Of a stretch of DNA of 32,000 bases, positions 1 through 14,452 are shown piece by piece. Position 1 is the first letter of the stretch, and every line of letters starts with the position of its first letter. The notes beneath the pieces are model-generated. The model was not told the DNA's origin and did not search any database. It saw only the letters and a program-made list of their open reading frames with translations. The position numbers were made by a program, and so were the translations under genes. Where the stretch lies: the NCBI RefSeq assembly GCF_059727855.1, contig NZ_AP038814.1; one strand, given 5' to 3'.

Positions 1-923
1 TGTACGGCCTGTTTTGCCAGTTCCTGCACTTCTTCGTTGGTCAGCGAGAAGATGTCACGCTGTTCCTGCGGTACGTCTTCGATTTTAACCTGCTTGCCGT
101 GCTCCTGGGTCGGCGCGTAAACCATGCGGATTTTTTTCGACCCCATGGTGCGGCGCACGATAGCCGGGCGATTCGCCGCCAGTGTCGGTTTATGCACGTA
201 AAACTCATCCGGGTTAACCGCACCCTGCACGACCATCTCACCAAGGCCCCATGCGGAAGTGATAAACACCACCTGGTCAAAGCCGGATTCGGTATCAATG
301 GAGAACATCACGCCAGATGATGCGAGGTCAGAGCGCACCATCCGTTGAACACCGGCGGAGAGCGCCACACCACGGTGATCGTAACCCTGGTGCACACGAT
401 AAGAGATGGCGCGATCGTTAAACAGAGAAGCAAATACATGTTTCACTGCCACGAGAACGGCGTCAAAACCCTGAACGTTGAGGAAGGTTTCCTGCTGACC
501 GGCAAAAGAAGCGTCCGGCATATCTTCTGCGGTGGCGGAGGAGCGCACCGCAAAAGAGGCGTTTTCGTCATCGGCGGAAAGCTGTGCATAGGCTTCGCGG
601 ATGGCGTTTTCCAGCTCAGGCTGGAAGGGAGTGTCGATAATCCACTGGCGGATTTGCGCGCCCGCTTTCGCAAGCTGAGTAACATCGTCAATATCCGTTT
701 TATCCAGCAGTTCATAAATGCGCTGGTTTACGCCGCTTTGGTCCAGAAACTGGTTAAACGCGTCGGCGGTTGTGGCGAAACCATTCGGAACGGAAACACC
801 CATTCCGGAAAGATTAGTAATCATTTCACCCAGGGAGGCATTTTTGCCCCCAACCCTGTCTACATCATTCATGCCGAGTTGGTTATACCAAAGCACCAGC
901 GGTGACGAGCCATTGTTGGACAT
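1..923 (-). CDS. ppsA: Phosphoenolpyruvate synthase, N-terminal ~307 codons; the rest lies beyond the window start
   Basis: Reverse complement of 921-923 is ATG, followed by codons for MSNNGSSPLVLWYN..., which I recognise as the PpsA N-terminus. The frame stays open to the window edge. It is absent from the ORF track because there is no in-window stop. Confidence 0.93.
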   Translation of the reverse strand, partial: MSNNGSSPLVLWYNQLGMNDVDRVGGKNASLGEMITNLSGMGVSVPNGFATTADAFNQFLDQSGVNQRIYELLDKTDIDDVTQLAKAGAQIRQWIIDTPFQPELENAIREAYAQLSADDENASFAVRSSATAEDMPDASFAGQQETFLNVQGFDAVLVAVKHVFASLFNDRAISYRVHQGYDHRGVALSAGVQRMVRSDLASSGVMFSIDTESGFDQVVFITSAWGLGEMVVQGAVNPDEFYVHKPTLAANRPAIVRRTMGSKKIRMVYAPTQEHGKQVKIEDVPQEQRDIFSLTNEEVQELAKQAV

Positions 924-1009
924 CGAACAATCCTTTTGTGATAAATGAACGGTTTGAGAAACACATTTCTGCGCATTTATCTTTGCATATTTAACCGGAT
1001 GAAAAAAAC

Positions 1010-1025
1010 GGTGAATCGTTCAAGC
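1010..1025 (-). promoter_or_regulatory. Cra (FruR) binding site upstream of ppsA
   Basis: GGTGAATCGTTCAAGC matches every position of the Cra consensus RSTGAAWCSNTHHW. It lies about 90-100 bp upstream of the ppsA ATG in the divergent ppsA/ppsR intergenic region. ppsA is a known Cra-activated gene. Confidence 0.75.
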
Positions 1026-1255
1026 AAATATATTTTTTTACTTTTTAAGACTGATCCCAGCGTTGCGCAAATCTGCTCTCTTCGACAATTTCCACATAAA
1101 CCATCGGTATAAACGAAACCATAAAAATGAAATGCTGTTTTCATAAAAAATAAAATTGAAGGTTCATTTTATAAACCAGACATAACGTTCTACGCTTCTG
1201 TGCGTTTTTAATTTATGCTTTCATAGAATTATGTCTGCATCACGGGAAGAACAAA

Positions 1256-2089
1256 ATGGATAATGCTGTTGATCGCCACGTTTTTTATATTTCTGATGGT
1301 ACGGCAATAACTGCGGAGGTATTAGGACACGCAGTAATGTCACAATTTCCCGTCACTATCAGCAGCATCACGCTGCCGTTTGTCGAAAATGAGAGCCGTG
1401 CACGGGCAGTGAAGGATCAGATTGACGCAATTTATCACCAGACAGGCGTGCGCCCGCTGGTCTTCTACTCCATCGTGTTGCCGGAGATTCGCGCCATCAT
1501 CTTGCAAAGTGAAGGCTTTTGCCAGGATATCGTTCAGGCGCTGGTTGCCCCGCTACAACAAGAGATGAAACTGGATCCAACGCCGATTGCTCATCGTACC
1601 CATGGCCTTAACCCTAATAATCTCAATAAATATGATGCGCGCATTGCGGCGATTGATTACACCCTCGCCCACGATGACGGCATTTCGTTGCGCAATCTGG
1701 ACCAGGCTCAGGTGATCCTGCTCGGTGTTTCTCGCTGTGGTAAAACCCCCACCAGTCTGTATCTGGCAATGCAGTTTGGTATCCGCGCGGCAAACTACCC
1801 CTTTATTGCCGACGATATGGATAATCTGGTGCTACCCGCGTCGCTCAAACCGCTTCAGCATAAATTGTTCGGCCTGACTATCGACCCGGAACGTCTGGCG
1901 GCGATTCGCGAGGAACGTCGGGAGAACAGTCGCTATGCCTCGCTTCGTCAGTGCAGGATGGAAGTCGCGGAAGTGGAAGCCTTGTACCGTAAAAATCAGA
2001 TCCCGTGGATTAACAGTACCAATTATTCGGTAGAAGAGATTGCCACCAAGATCCTCGATATCATGGGCCTTAGTCGCCGAATGTACTAG
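1256..2089 (+). CDS. ppsR: PEP synthase regulatory protein (bifunctional kinase / pyrophosphorylase, DUF299 family)
   Basis: 277-aa ORF divergent from ppsA with P-loop [15 protein letters not shown]. The sequence is recognised as YdiA/PpsR. Confidence 0.93.
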
Positions 2090-2100
2090 AGAACTAGTGC
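2083..2100 (+). promoter_or_regulatory. TrpR operator of the aroH promoter
   Basis: GTACTAGAGAACTAGTGC is a near-palindrome matching the trp-operator core (GNACTAG...CTAGTNC). It sits about 150 bp upstream of the aroH ATG. Confidence 0.85.
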
Positions 2101-2245
2101 ATTAGCTTATTTTTTTGTTATCATGCTAACCACCCGGCGAGGTGTGACACACCTCGCACTTGAAATCAGCAGCGATTGGTTTATCGTGATGCGCATCACT
2201 TCCCGGCAGTCCTGCCGTAGAAGCAACAAATTTCTGAGACTTGTA

Positions 2246-3292
2246 ATGAACAGAACTGACGAACTCCGTACTGCGCGTATTGAGAGCCTGGTAACGCCCG
2301 CCGAACTCGCGCTACGGTATCCCGTAACGCCTGGCGTCGCCACCCATGTCACCGACTCCCGCCGCAGAATTGAAAAAATACTGAATGGTGAAGATAAGCG
2401 ACTGTTGGTCATTATTGGCCCCTGCTCGATCCACGATCTCACCGCTGCAATGGAGTACGCCACCCGTCTGCAGTCGCTGCGCAACCAGTACCAGTCACGG
2501 CTGGAAATCGTAATGCGCACCTATTTTGAAAAACCACGAACTGTTGTCGGCTGGAAAGGACTAATCTCCGATCCAGATTTAAACGGCAGCTATCGGGTAA
2601 ATCACGGTCTGGAGCTGGCGCGCAAATTACTTTTACAGGTAAATGAGCTGGGCGTCCCAACCGCGACCGAGTTCCTCGATATGGTGACCGGTCAGTTTAT
2701 TGCTGATTTAATCAGTTGGGGCGCGATTGGCGCACGTACTACCGAAAGTCAGATCCACCGCGAAATGGCTTCGGCACTCTCCTGTCCGGTAGGTTTTAAA
2801 AATGGTACCGATGGCAATACGCGGATTGCTGTGGATGCTATCCGCGCAGCCCGCGCCAGCCATATGTTCCTCTCGCCAGACAAAAATGGTCAGATGACCA
2901 TCTATCAGACCAGCGGCAACCCGTATGGCCACATTATTATGCGTGGCGGCAAAAAACCGAATTATCATGCCGATGATATCGCCGCAGCCTGCGATACGCT
3001 GCACGAGTTTGATTTACCTGAACATCTGGTGGTGGATTTCAGCCACGGTAACTGCCAGAAGCAGCACCGTCGCCAGTTAGAAGTTTGTGAGGATATTTGT
3101 CAGCAAATCCGCAATGGCTCTACGGCGATTGCTGGAATTATGGCGGAAAGTTTCCTGCGCGAAGGAACGCAAAAAATCGTCGGCAGTCAGCCGCTCACTT
3201 ACGGTCAATCCATTACCGACCCGTGTCTGGGCTGGGAGGATACCGAACGCCTGGTCGAAAAACTCGCCTCTGCGGTAGATACCCGCTTCTGA
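2246..3292 (+). CDS. aroH: Tryptophan-sensitive DAHP synthase (3-deoxy-7-phosphoheptulonate synthase)
   Basis: I trimmed the ORF 2123-3292 to the internal ATG at 2246 (MNRTDELRTARIESLV...), giving the 348-aa AroH I recognise. It carries the class I DAHP synthase motifs KPRT and GWKGLI. Confidence 0.93.
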   Translation: MNRTDELRTARIESLVTPAELALRYPVTPGVATHVTDSRRRIEKILNGEDKRLLVIIGPCSIHDLTAAMEYATRLQSLRNQYQSRLEIVMRTYFEKPRTVVGWKGLISDPDLNGSYRVNHGLELARKLLLQVNELGVPTATEFLDMVTGQFIADLISWGAIGARTTESQIHREMASALSCPVGFKNGTDGNTRIAVDAIRAARASHMFLSPDKNGQMTIYQTSGNPYGHIIMRGGKKPNYHADDIAAACDTLHEFDLPEHLVVDFSHGNCQKQHRRQLEVCEDICQQIRNGSTAIAGIMAESFLREGTQKIVGSQPLTYGQSITDPCLGWEDTERLVEKLASAVDTRF

Positions 3293-3298
3293 ATGCGT

Positions 3299-3326
3299 GC
3301 CCATTCCTGACGGAATGGGCATTTCT
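3299..3326 (+). terminator. Probable aroH intrinsic terminator
   Basis: Stem GCCCATTCC / GGAATGGGC with a 4-nt loop lies 7 nt after the aroH stop. It is followed by ATTTCT, which is only a modest U-run. Confidence 0.55.
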
Positions 3327-3382
3327 GCGCAACTTGTTGTCTTCTCAACAAATTACTGCTTGCTCTGGTCAGCCATAATATT

Positions 3383-3401
3383 GATAATAAGAATCATTGT
3401 T
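3383..3401 (+). promoter_or_regulatory. Fur box upstream of ydiE
   Basis: GATAATAAGAATCATTGTT matches the 19-bp Fur consensus GATAATGATAATCATTATC at 15 of 19 positions. It ends 22 nt upstream of the ydiE start. Confidence 0.7.
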
Positions 3402-3423
3402 ATATCAATTATTATTAATTTTT

Positions 3424-3615
3424 ATGCGTTATACGGATAGCAGAAAACTCACGCCTGAAACGGATGCCAATCACAAGACCGCTTCCCCGCAGCCTATTCG
3501 GCGAATTTCCAGCCAGACACTGTTAGGTCCGGATGGCAAACTGATTATCGATCATGACGGGCAAGAATATCTGCTCCGTAAAACTCAGGCTGGCAAGCTG
3601 CTGTTGACCAAGTAG
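3424..3615 (+). CDS. ydiE: HemP-like small protein (hemin uptake protein HemP family), 63 aa
   Basis: ORF 3397-3615 trimmed to [18 protein letters not shown]..., recognised as YdiE. The upstream ATG at 3397 falls inside the Fur box, so the start is somewhat ambiguous. Confidence 0.8.
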
Positions 3616-3618
3616 CCT

Positions 3619-5094
<1,476 letters not shown>

Positions 5095-5117
5095 TTAAAC
5101 ACCAGCAAACAGGAGGG

Positions 5118-5831
5118 TTATCGCTGAACCAACGTCGTTATCTGATTTACAGGAACGGCAGGCCACAGGCATCCCTGGAGAGCATGGAAATCGAAGGGGG
5201 TAATCTGTGCCAATATTTCTGCCGTATCAATGCCTCCCGCAATGATGCAATTGCAACAAGGGGAAATTTGCGCCTGGATCGCACGAATAAACGGTTCGAA
5301 GGAGCGGTGCGTGATTTGTTGCTGAATAAAACTTTTATCCAGCATGACGCGGGTGAAAAGACCATCAAAAACCGCTTTCATTGTGCTATTGCCTGCTCCC
5401 AAATTACCTAACACAAGGGGATACACTTGCGATAAGGATAAAAGACCGCGATTATCTTTTCCTTCATTGAGATGCGGGTAATTCTCATTAATCAACAGTT
5501 CAATAAACGGATATTTTAATAGTTCGCCTGCGTAATTATCCCTCTCTAATAATAATGTAGCCACTTGTGGCGTTAAATTAAGCCAGGCAAAGAGTTTATG
5601 TTGAATAAAAAAATGTTGGCATGATTTTAGTAATTCCAACTGCTCTGAAAATAATTGCCAATGTTGCTCCTCGGTAAGTTGCGCTATAACCCGACTCGTC
5701 GGGATACGCACCGTGCCATCTTCACTGGAGAAATGGGTAATTAACTCAACGCCGACAAGGACTTGCTGGTTGTCTCTTATCGGCAGGAAATAGCAATCAG
5801 AATGATAAAGATTCTCCAAAAAAATCTTCAT
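5118..5831 (-). CDS. ydiV: Anti-FlhD4C2 factor, degenerate EAL-domain protein
   Basis: 237-aa ORF recognised as YdiV. ELI (GVELITHF) occupies the EAL signature position. The coding sequence is AT-rich. Confidence 0.9.
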   Translation of the reverse strand: MKIFLENLYHSDCYFLPIRDNQQVLVGVELITHFSSEDGTVRIPTSRVIAQLTEEQHWQLFSEQLELLKSCQHFFIQHKLFAWLNLTPQVATLLLERDNYAGELLKYPFIELLINENYPHLNEGKDNRGLLSLSQVYPLVLGNLGAGNSTMKAVFDGLFTRVMLDKSFIQQQITHRSFEPFIRAIQAQISPCCNCIIAGGIDTAEILAQITPFDFHALQGCLWPAVPVNQITTLVQR

Positions 5832-6035
5832 GGTAACCGTCCCTCTCGAAGGATGTTTTTCAGTATCCGGCTAAAAGGGATGAGGCCATAAGACATAACA
5901 ATTACAGAAGGAGTAACTTTCATTTGTTCCATGTTAACCACTTTTTCAGGGGTCCTTTTTTTAGATTATCCTGATTATAAACGAATAATCCATTTACGGA
6001 ATTTTTGTCTGCAAAATACTACTGTATTCAGGAGT

Positions 6036-6070
6036 AAATGGACGGCGATGTATCATCGCCGTCCATTTTT
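6036..6070. terminator. Perfect 15-bp hairpin between nlpC and ydiV; likely nlpC terminator, possibly bidirectional
   Basis: AAATGGACGGCGATG tat CATCGCCGTCCATTT lies 8 nt beyond the nlpC stop codon. The T-run is better on the + strand (TTTTT) than on the - strand (TTTACT). Confidence 0.6.
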
Positions 6071-6077
6071 CGACATA

Positions 6078-6542
6078 CTAGATTCGTCTCGCCTGCCAGA
6101 AATTTTTCTGCCAATAGACATTATCAAGTGAGGAACGCATCACTCCCTTGCTGGTAGAGGCGTGGATAAATTGGTTGTTGGTATCGTAAATACCTACATG
6201 CAAACCATTTTGTCCGGACCCCGTTTTGAAAAAGACCAGGTCACCTGGCAGCAACTCGTCTTTATCAATTTGCGTGCCAATAGAGGCTTGTTGTTTGGTT
6301 TCACGGGGCAGCTGCAAATCGAAACGATCGCGCATCGTCACAACCACAAATCCCGAACAGTCCACACCGCGCCGCGTCATGCCACCATAACGATACGGCG
6401 TGCCATGCCAGCTTTGTAGCTGGTCGTTCAAACCGGCAATAACGGTAATCGAATCAGAAAGTCTGGCATTTGGCGGCGGTGCTTTATGGTGGCTACACCC
6501 GGCCAGAAGCAGTGCTGTGATCAAAATAAGGCAGAAACGCAT
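6078..6542 (-). CDS. nlpC: NlpC/P60-family lipoprotein (putative peptidoglycan endopeptidase)
   Basis: 154 aa with lipobox LLAGC at the signal-peptide end and the catalytic-Cys motif GVDCSGFV typical of NlpC/P60. Confidence 0.92.
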   Translation of the reverse strand: MRFCLILITALLLAGCSHHKAPPPNARLSDSITVIAGLNDQLQSWHGTPYRYGGMTRRGVDCSGFVVVTMRDRFDLQLPRETKQQASIGTQIDKDELLPGDLVFFKTGSGQNGLHVGIYDTNNQFIHASTSKGVMRSSLDNVYWQKNFWQARRI

Positions 6543-6619
6543 TCCGTACGGTTCCTCTGTTTTTTATTCTTGCATTAATTTAGCGTCGTAATTACCCGAT
6601 TTTCAAGATACTAATGAAA

Positions 6620-7369
6620 TCAGATGGTCGAAATCAGCATTCTGTGACCTTCGATATCCAGACGGCGAAAATTCATCCCATAGGCCTGCGCCAGATTTGG
6701 CGGCGTGAGCACCTCTTCCCTGCGTCCACTGGCCAGCATTTTTCCACCTTTTAGCAACCACGCCCGATGCGCATGACGCAATGTGTGGTTGAGATCGTGA
6801 CTGCTCATCACAATCGCCAGTCCTTGCTGACACAGCGCGCTCAGAATTTTGTCTAACGCACTTTGTTGCGCAACATCAAGACTGTTCATCGGCTCATCAA
6901 GAAGCAGCAATTGGCCTGCGGGATTGGCTTGTGGTGTGATTTGCAACACCACCGCAGCAAGACGTACGCGTTGCCATTCACCGCCGGAAAGTTGATTGGT
7001 GCTACGTCCGAGTTTGTCATCAAGAGCCAGCGCCCCTGCGACATCATTCAGTAGTTCGGTACGCGTTTTATCGTGCTGATGCAGTGTCAGGTAGTGCCAG
7101 ACCGGCATTGCAAACGGCGGCGTCTGCTGTTGTGAAAGATAGGCGCGATGCAGCGCGAGTTTTGTTGCGGACCATGCTTCCAGTGGTTGCCCCGCGAACT
7201 GAATGCTTCCCTTACCGCTGGTCATTCCGGCCATTCGCGCCAGTAAGGTACTCTTACCCGCGCCATTCGGCCCCACCAGGTGCAGGATCTCCCCAGCCCG
7301 AACCTCGCCAGAAAGCGGCCCCAGGCGGGTAGATTCCGCAACATCTTGTAACTGCATCACAATAGACAT
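6620..7369 (-). CDS. btuD: Vitamin B12 ABC importer ATPase
   Basis: 249 aa with Walker [13 protein letters not shown] signature LSGGEWQR and Walker B LLLLDEP. Recognised as BtuD. Confidence 0.93.
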
Positions 7370-7920
7370 TATTTTGCCAACGCCAGTTTAATGCTTTCCA
7401 TCACAATGGGATCTTCCGGCGTCATATCCGGGGAAAAACGCTGGATGACTTTTCCGTCCCTGCCAACCAGGAATTTTTCAAAATTCCATAAAATATCATC
7501 CGGGTACAGCGGTGCACGGCCTTTGCTGACCATACGGGCATAGAATCCGCTCTCTTCCGGCGCGACTGCGGTCGGCGCTGCGGCAATCAATTTTTGATAC
7601 AGCGGATGGCGTCCTTCGCCATTAACTTCAATCTTACTGAACATCGGGAACGTCACCCCCCATGTGGTGGTACAGTAAGTTTTAATCTCTTCATCGCTGC
7701 CCGGTTCTTGTTCCAGAAACTGGTTGCACGGGAATCCCAGCACCATAAAACCTCGATCGACCCAGGCTTTCTGAATATTCTCCAACTGCTCATATTGCGG
7801 CGTTAAGCCACACTTTGAGGCGACATTGACAATCAACAGCACATTACCGGCGAACTTCTCCAGCGTGGTCACTTCACCGTCGATATCTTTCACTACGGTC
7901 GTCAGAATGGAATCTTGCAT
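7369..7920 (-). CDS. btuE: Thioredoxin/glutathione peroxidase homologue (Cys-type GPx)
   Basis: 183 aa with GPx motifs [12 protein letters not shown] and WNFEKF. Its stop overlaps the btuD start by 1 nt (TAATG). Confidence 0.93.
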
Positions 7921-7982
7921 CGTTTCTCCTGGGTGTGGTCAGTAAAAATCTTAGCTTTTAATCATAGACCGTCTTTTTGCGG

Positions 7983-8963
7983 CTAACGTCTTGCTTTTAA
8001 CAATAACCAGATAAACACCGGCGCACCCAACGTTGCGGTGACCACGCCAATAGGCAGCTCTGCGGCAGCTAATGCCAGGCGCGCTACAATATCGGCCAGC
8101 AGCAATGCGCTCGCCCCTGCCAGCGCGCAGCCGGGAAGTAATACGCGATGATCGGTTAAACCACACAACCGAAGAATATGTGGGATCACCAGACCAATAA
8201 AGCCGATAGCACCCGCCAGCGCCACACTGACGCCAACCATCCAGCCGGTCGCGGCCACCAGCACATTGCGCCAGAACCACAGGGGTAAACCCAGTTGCCG
8301 CGCCGAGATCTCGCCAAGTGCTAACATATTCATCGGCCTGGACTGACAACAGATCCACAACAACACGGGGATCAATGCCAGCATCAGCCAGCTTTGCCGC
8401 CAGTCTACGCCGCCAAAACCGCCCATCATCCAGTACATCAGCTGACGTAAATCAACAGAGGTGGAAAAGTAGATAGCCCACGTCATTAGTGCGCTACAGA
8501 TAATCCCTAATGCAACGCCAGCCAGCAATAACCGACTGGTCGAAAGATGACGACGGGCGAAACGTAAGAGTATTAAAGTGATGATAAGCGCGCCAGCAAT
8601 CGCACACAGCCCTAGCGCCCAGTTGGGGAGTTGCCCTTGCCCAAGCAATACCGCGGCGATAAGCCCCACGCCTGCGCCGTTAGAGACGCCAAGTAGTCCA
8701 GGTTCTGCCAGAGGATTTTCAAACAACGCCTGCATTACAGCGCCGGATATAGCCAGCGCCGCACCAACCAGCAATACAGCCAGCGTACGTGGCAGGCGAA
8801 TTTGCCAGACGAACAGTTCGCCACGAGGAGTAAACCAGTCACCTGGCGAGATCCATTGTTCACCGGCGCAAAGACTTAAGAGAAGCGCCAGCAGCATCAA
8901 AACTGACAGGCATAATAACCAGCGAATATTTTGTCGCTGTTGTTGGCGGTCAAGTGTCAGCAT
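7983..8963 (-). CDS. btuC: Vitamin B12 ABC importer permease
   Basis: 326-aa polytopic hydrophobic protein recognised as BtuC (FecCD family). Confidence 0.93.
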   Translation of the reverse strand: MLTLDRQQQRQNIRWLLCLSVLMLLALLLSLCAGEQWISPGDWFTPRGELFVWQIRLPRTLAVLLVGAALAISGAVMQALFENPLAEPGLLGVSNGAGVGLIAAVLLGQGQLPNWALGLCAIAGALIITLILLRFARRHLSTSRLLLAGVALGIICSALMTWAIYFSTSVDLRQLMYWMMGGFGGVDWRQSWLMLALIPVLLWICCQSRPMNMLALGEISARQLGLPLWFWRNVLVAATGWMVGVSVALAGAIGFIGLVIPHILRLCGLTDHRVLLPGCALAGASALLLADIVARLALAAAELPIGVVTATLGAPVFIWLLLKARR

Positions 8964-9020
8964 GGTATCCGTTCTGCTGAAGTGTCATGGCGTTGATTTT
9001 ACGGTGACTCTTCGACAGTG

Positions 9021-9051
9021 AAAAGAAAAAAGGCCGCAGAGCGGCCTTTTT
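9021..9051 (-). terminator. ihfA intrinsic terminator (A-run / T-run flanked, potentially bidirectional)
   Basis: Stem AGGCCGC aga GCGGCCT. On the - strand it is followed by TTTTTTCTTTT, and it lies 13 nt beyond the ihfA stop. Confidence 0.8.
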
Positions 9052-9063
9052 AGTTAGATCAGA

Positions 9064-9363
9064 TTACTCGTCTTTGGGCGAAGCGTTTTCGACCCGGCTT
9101 TTTAACTTCTGCCCGGGTCTGAAGGTCACCACGCGCCGTGCTGTAATGGGAATATCCTCGCCCGTTTTCGGGTTACGTCCCGGGCGTTGATTCTTATCAC
9201 GCAGATCGAAGTTACCAAAACCAGAGAGTTTCACCTGTTCGCCGTTTTCCAGAGCGCGACGGATCTCTTCGAAAAACAGTTCAACCAGTTCTTTGGCATC
9301 CCGCTTGCTAAGCCCAAGCTTATCAAACAGATATTCTGACATTTCAGCTTTTGTAAGCGCCAT
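9064..9363 (-). CDS. ihfA: Integration host factor alpha subunit
   Basis: 99 aa, [38 protein letters not shown]..., a recognised HU/IHF-fold protein. Confidence 0.96.
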
Positions 9364-9367
9364 AGGT

Positions 9368-11758
<2,391 letters not shown>

Positions 11759-11769
11759 CTATTCCTGCC

Positions 11770-12795
<1,026 letters not shown>

Positions 12796-12963
12796 TTAGA
12801 GCCTATCCCATCAGGCTATTTTACTTGCCATTTTGGTCCCGGGCTGTGCTCGAAATTCTCACGTACTTAAATACGCTCCGGTTTCTCCGCGCTGGCCGTG
12901 TCCAGTCTGGCTGCGACAATTACACCTGATGAGACAGGCTTTTTATTTTTCAAAACGCGCATA

Positions 12964-12991
12964 CAAAAAAAGCCTCCACTGGGAGGCTTTC
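12964..12991 (-). terminator. pheST attenuator terminator
   Basis: The - strand reads AAAGCCTCC cagt GGAGGCTTT followed by TTTTGTAT. It lies between the pheM leader peptide and pheS. Confidence 0.85.
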
Positions 12992-13036
12992 AGGCGCTGT
13001 TTTCCGTTTCTCTTCTCACGCGCTAGCCTCCTGGAT

Positions 13037-13081
13037 TCAGGTGCTAAAGTAAAAAAAGAAGCGGAAAATAGCAGCATTCAT
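13037..13081 (-). CDS. pheM: pheST operon leader peptide (14 aa, 5 Phe codons)
   Basis: The reverse complement reads ATG AAT GCT GCT ATT TTC CGC TTC TTT TTT TAC TTT AGC ACC TGA, which translates to [14 protein letters not shown]. Confidence 0.9.
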
Positions 13082-13172
13082 TGCTTGCGTTACCTTTTGG
13101 TACTCTTCAAAAGACCTTTATTGAAAAGGCTACGGCGATAAAAGTCAATGTTTTGATGGCGTTGAAACGAAA

Positions 13173-13193
13173 AGAGGGAGACTAGCTCCCTCT
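13173..13193 (-). terminator. rplT intrinsic terminator
   Basis: Stem AGAGGGAG / CTCCCTCT. On the - strand it is followed by TTTCGTTTC, and it lies 10 nt beyond the rplT stop. Confidence 0.75.
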
Positions 13194-13203
13194 TTCAACT
13201 GGC

Positions 13204-13587
<384 letters not shown>

Positions 13588-13612
13588 TTAAAAAGTTAAA
13601 AACGTTAACGGC

Positions 13613-14452
<840 letters not shown>

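Noticed and set aside
345-905. 186-aa + strand ORF, plus 443-715 (- strand) and 718-948 (+ strand)
   Set aside because: All lie entirely inside the ppsA coding region. 345-905 and 718-948 are on the opposite strand; 443-715 is on the same strand in an alternate frame. The translations are low-complexity or unrecognisable, so these are shadow and alternate-frame ORFs of a highly expressed gene.
2123-2245. 41-codon N-terminal extension of the aroH ORF in the track
   Set aside because: The extension begins within about 25 nt of the TrpR operator and covers the aroH promoter and leader. The recognised AroH N-terminus (MNRTDEL...) starts at 2246.
5931-6131. 66-aa + strand ORF in the ydiV-nlpC spacer
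   Set aside because: It has no Shine-Dalgarno sequence, it runs through the terminator hairpin and into nlpC antisense, and the AT-rich sequence gives an implausible peptide.
12833-13141. 102-aa + strand ORF across the pheM leader/attenuator region
   Set aside because: The region is fully explained by the - strand pheM leader peptide, the attenuator and the rplT terminator. The ORF has no ribosome-binding site.
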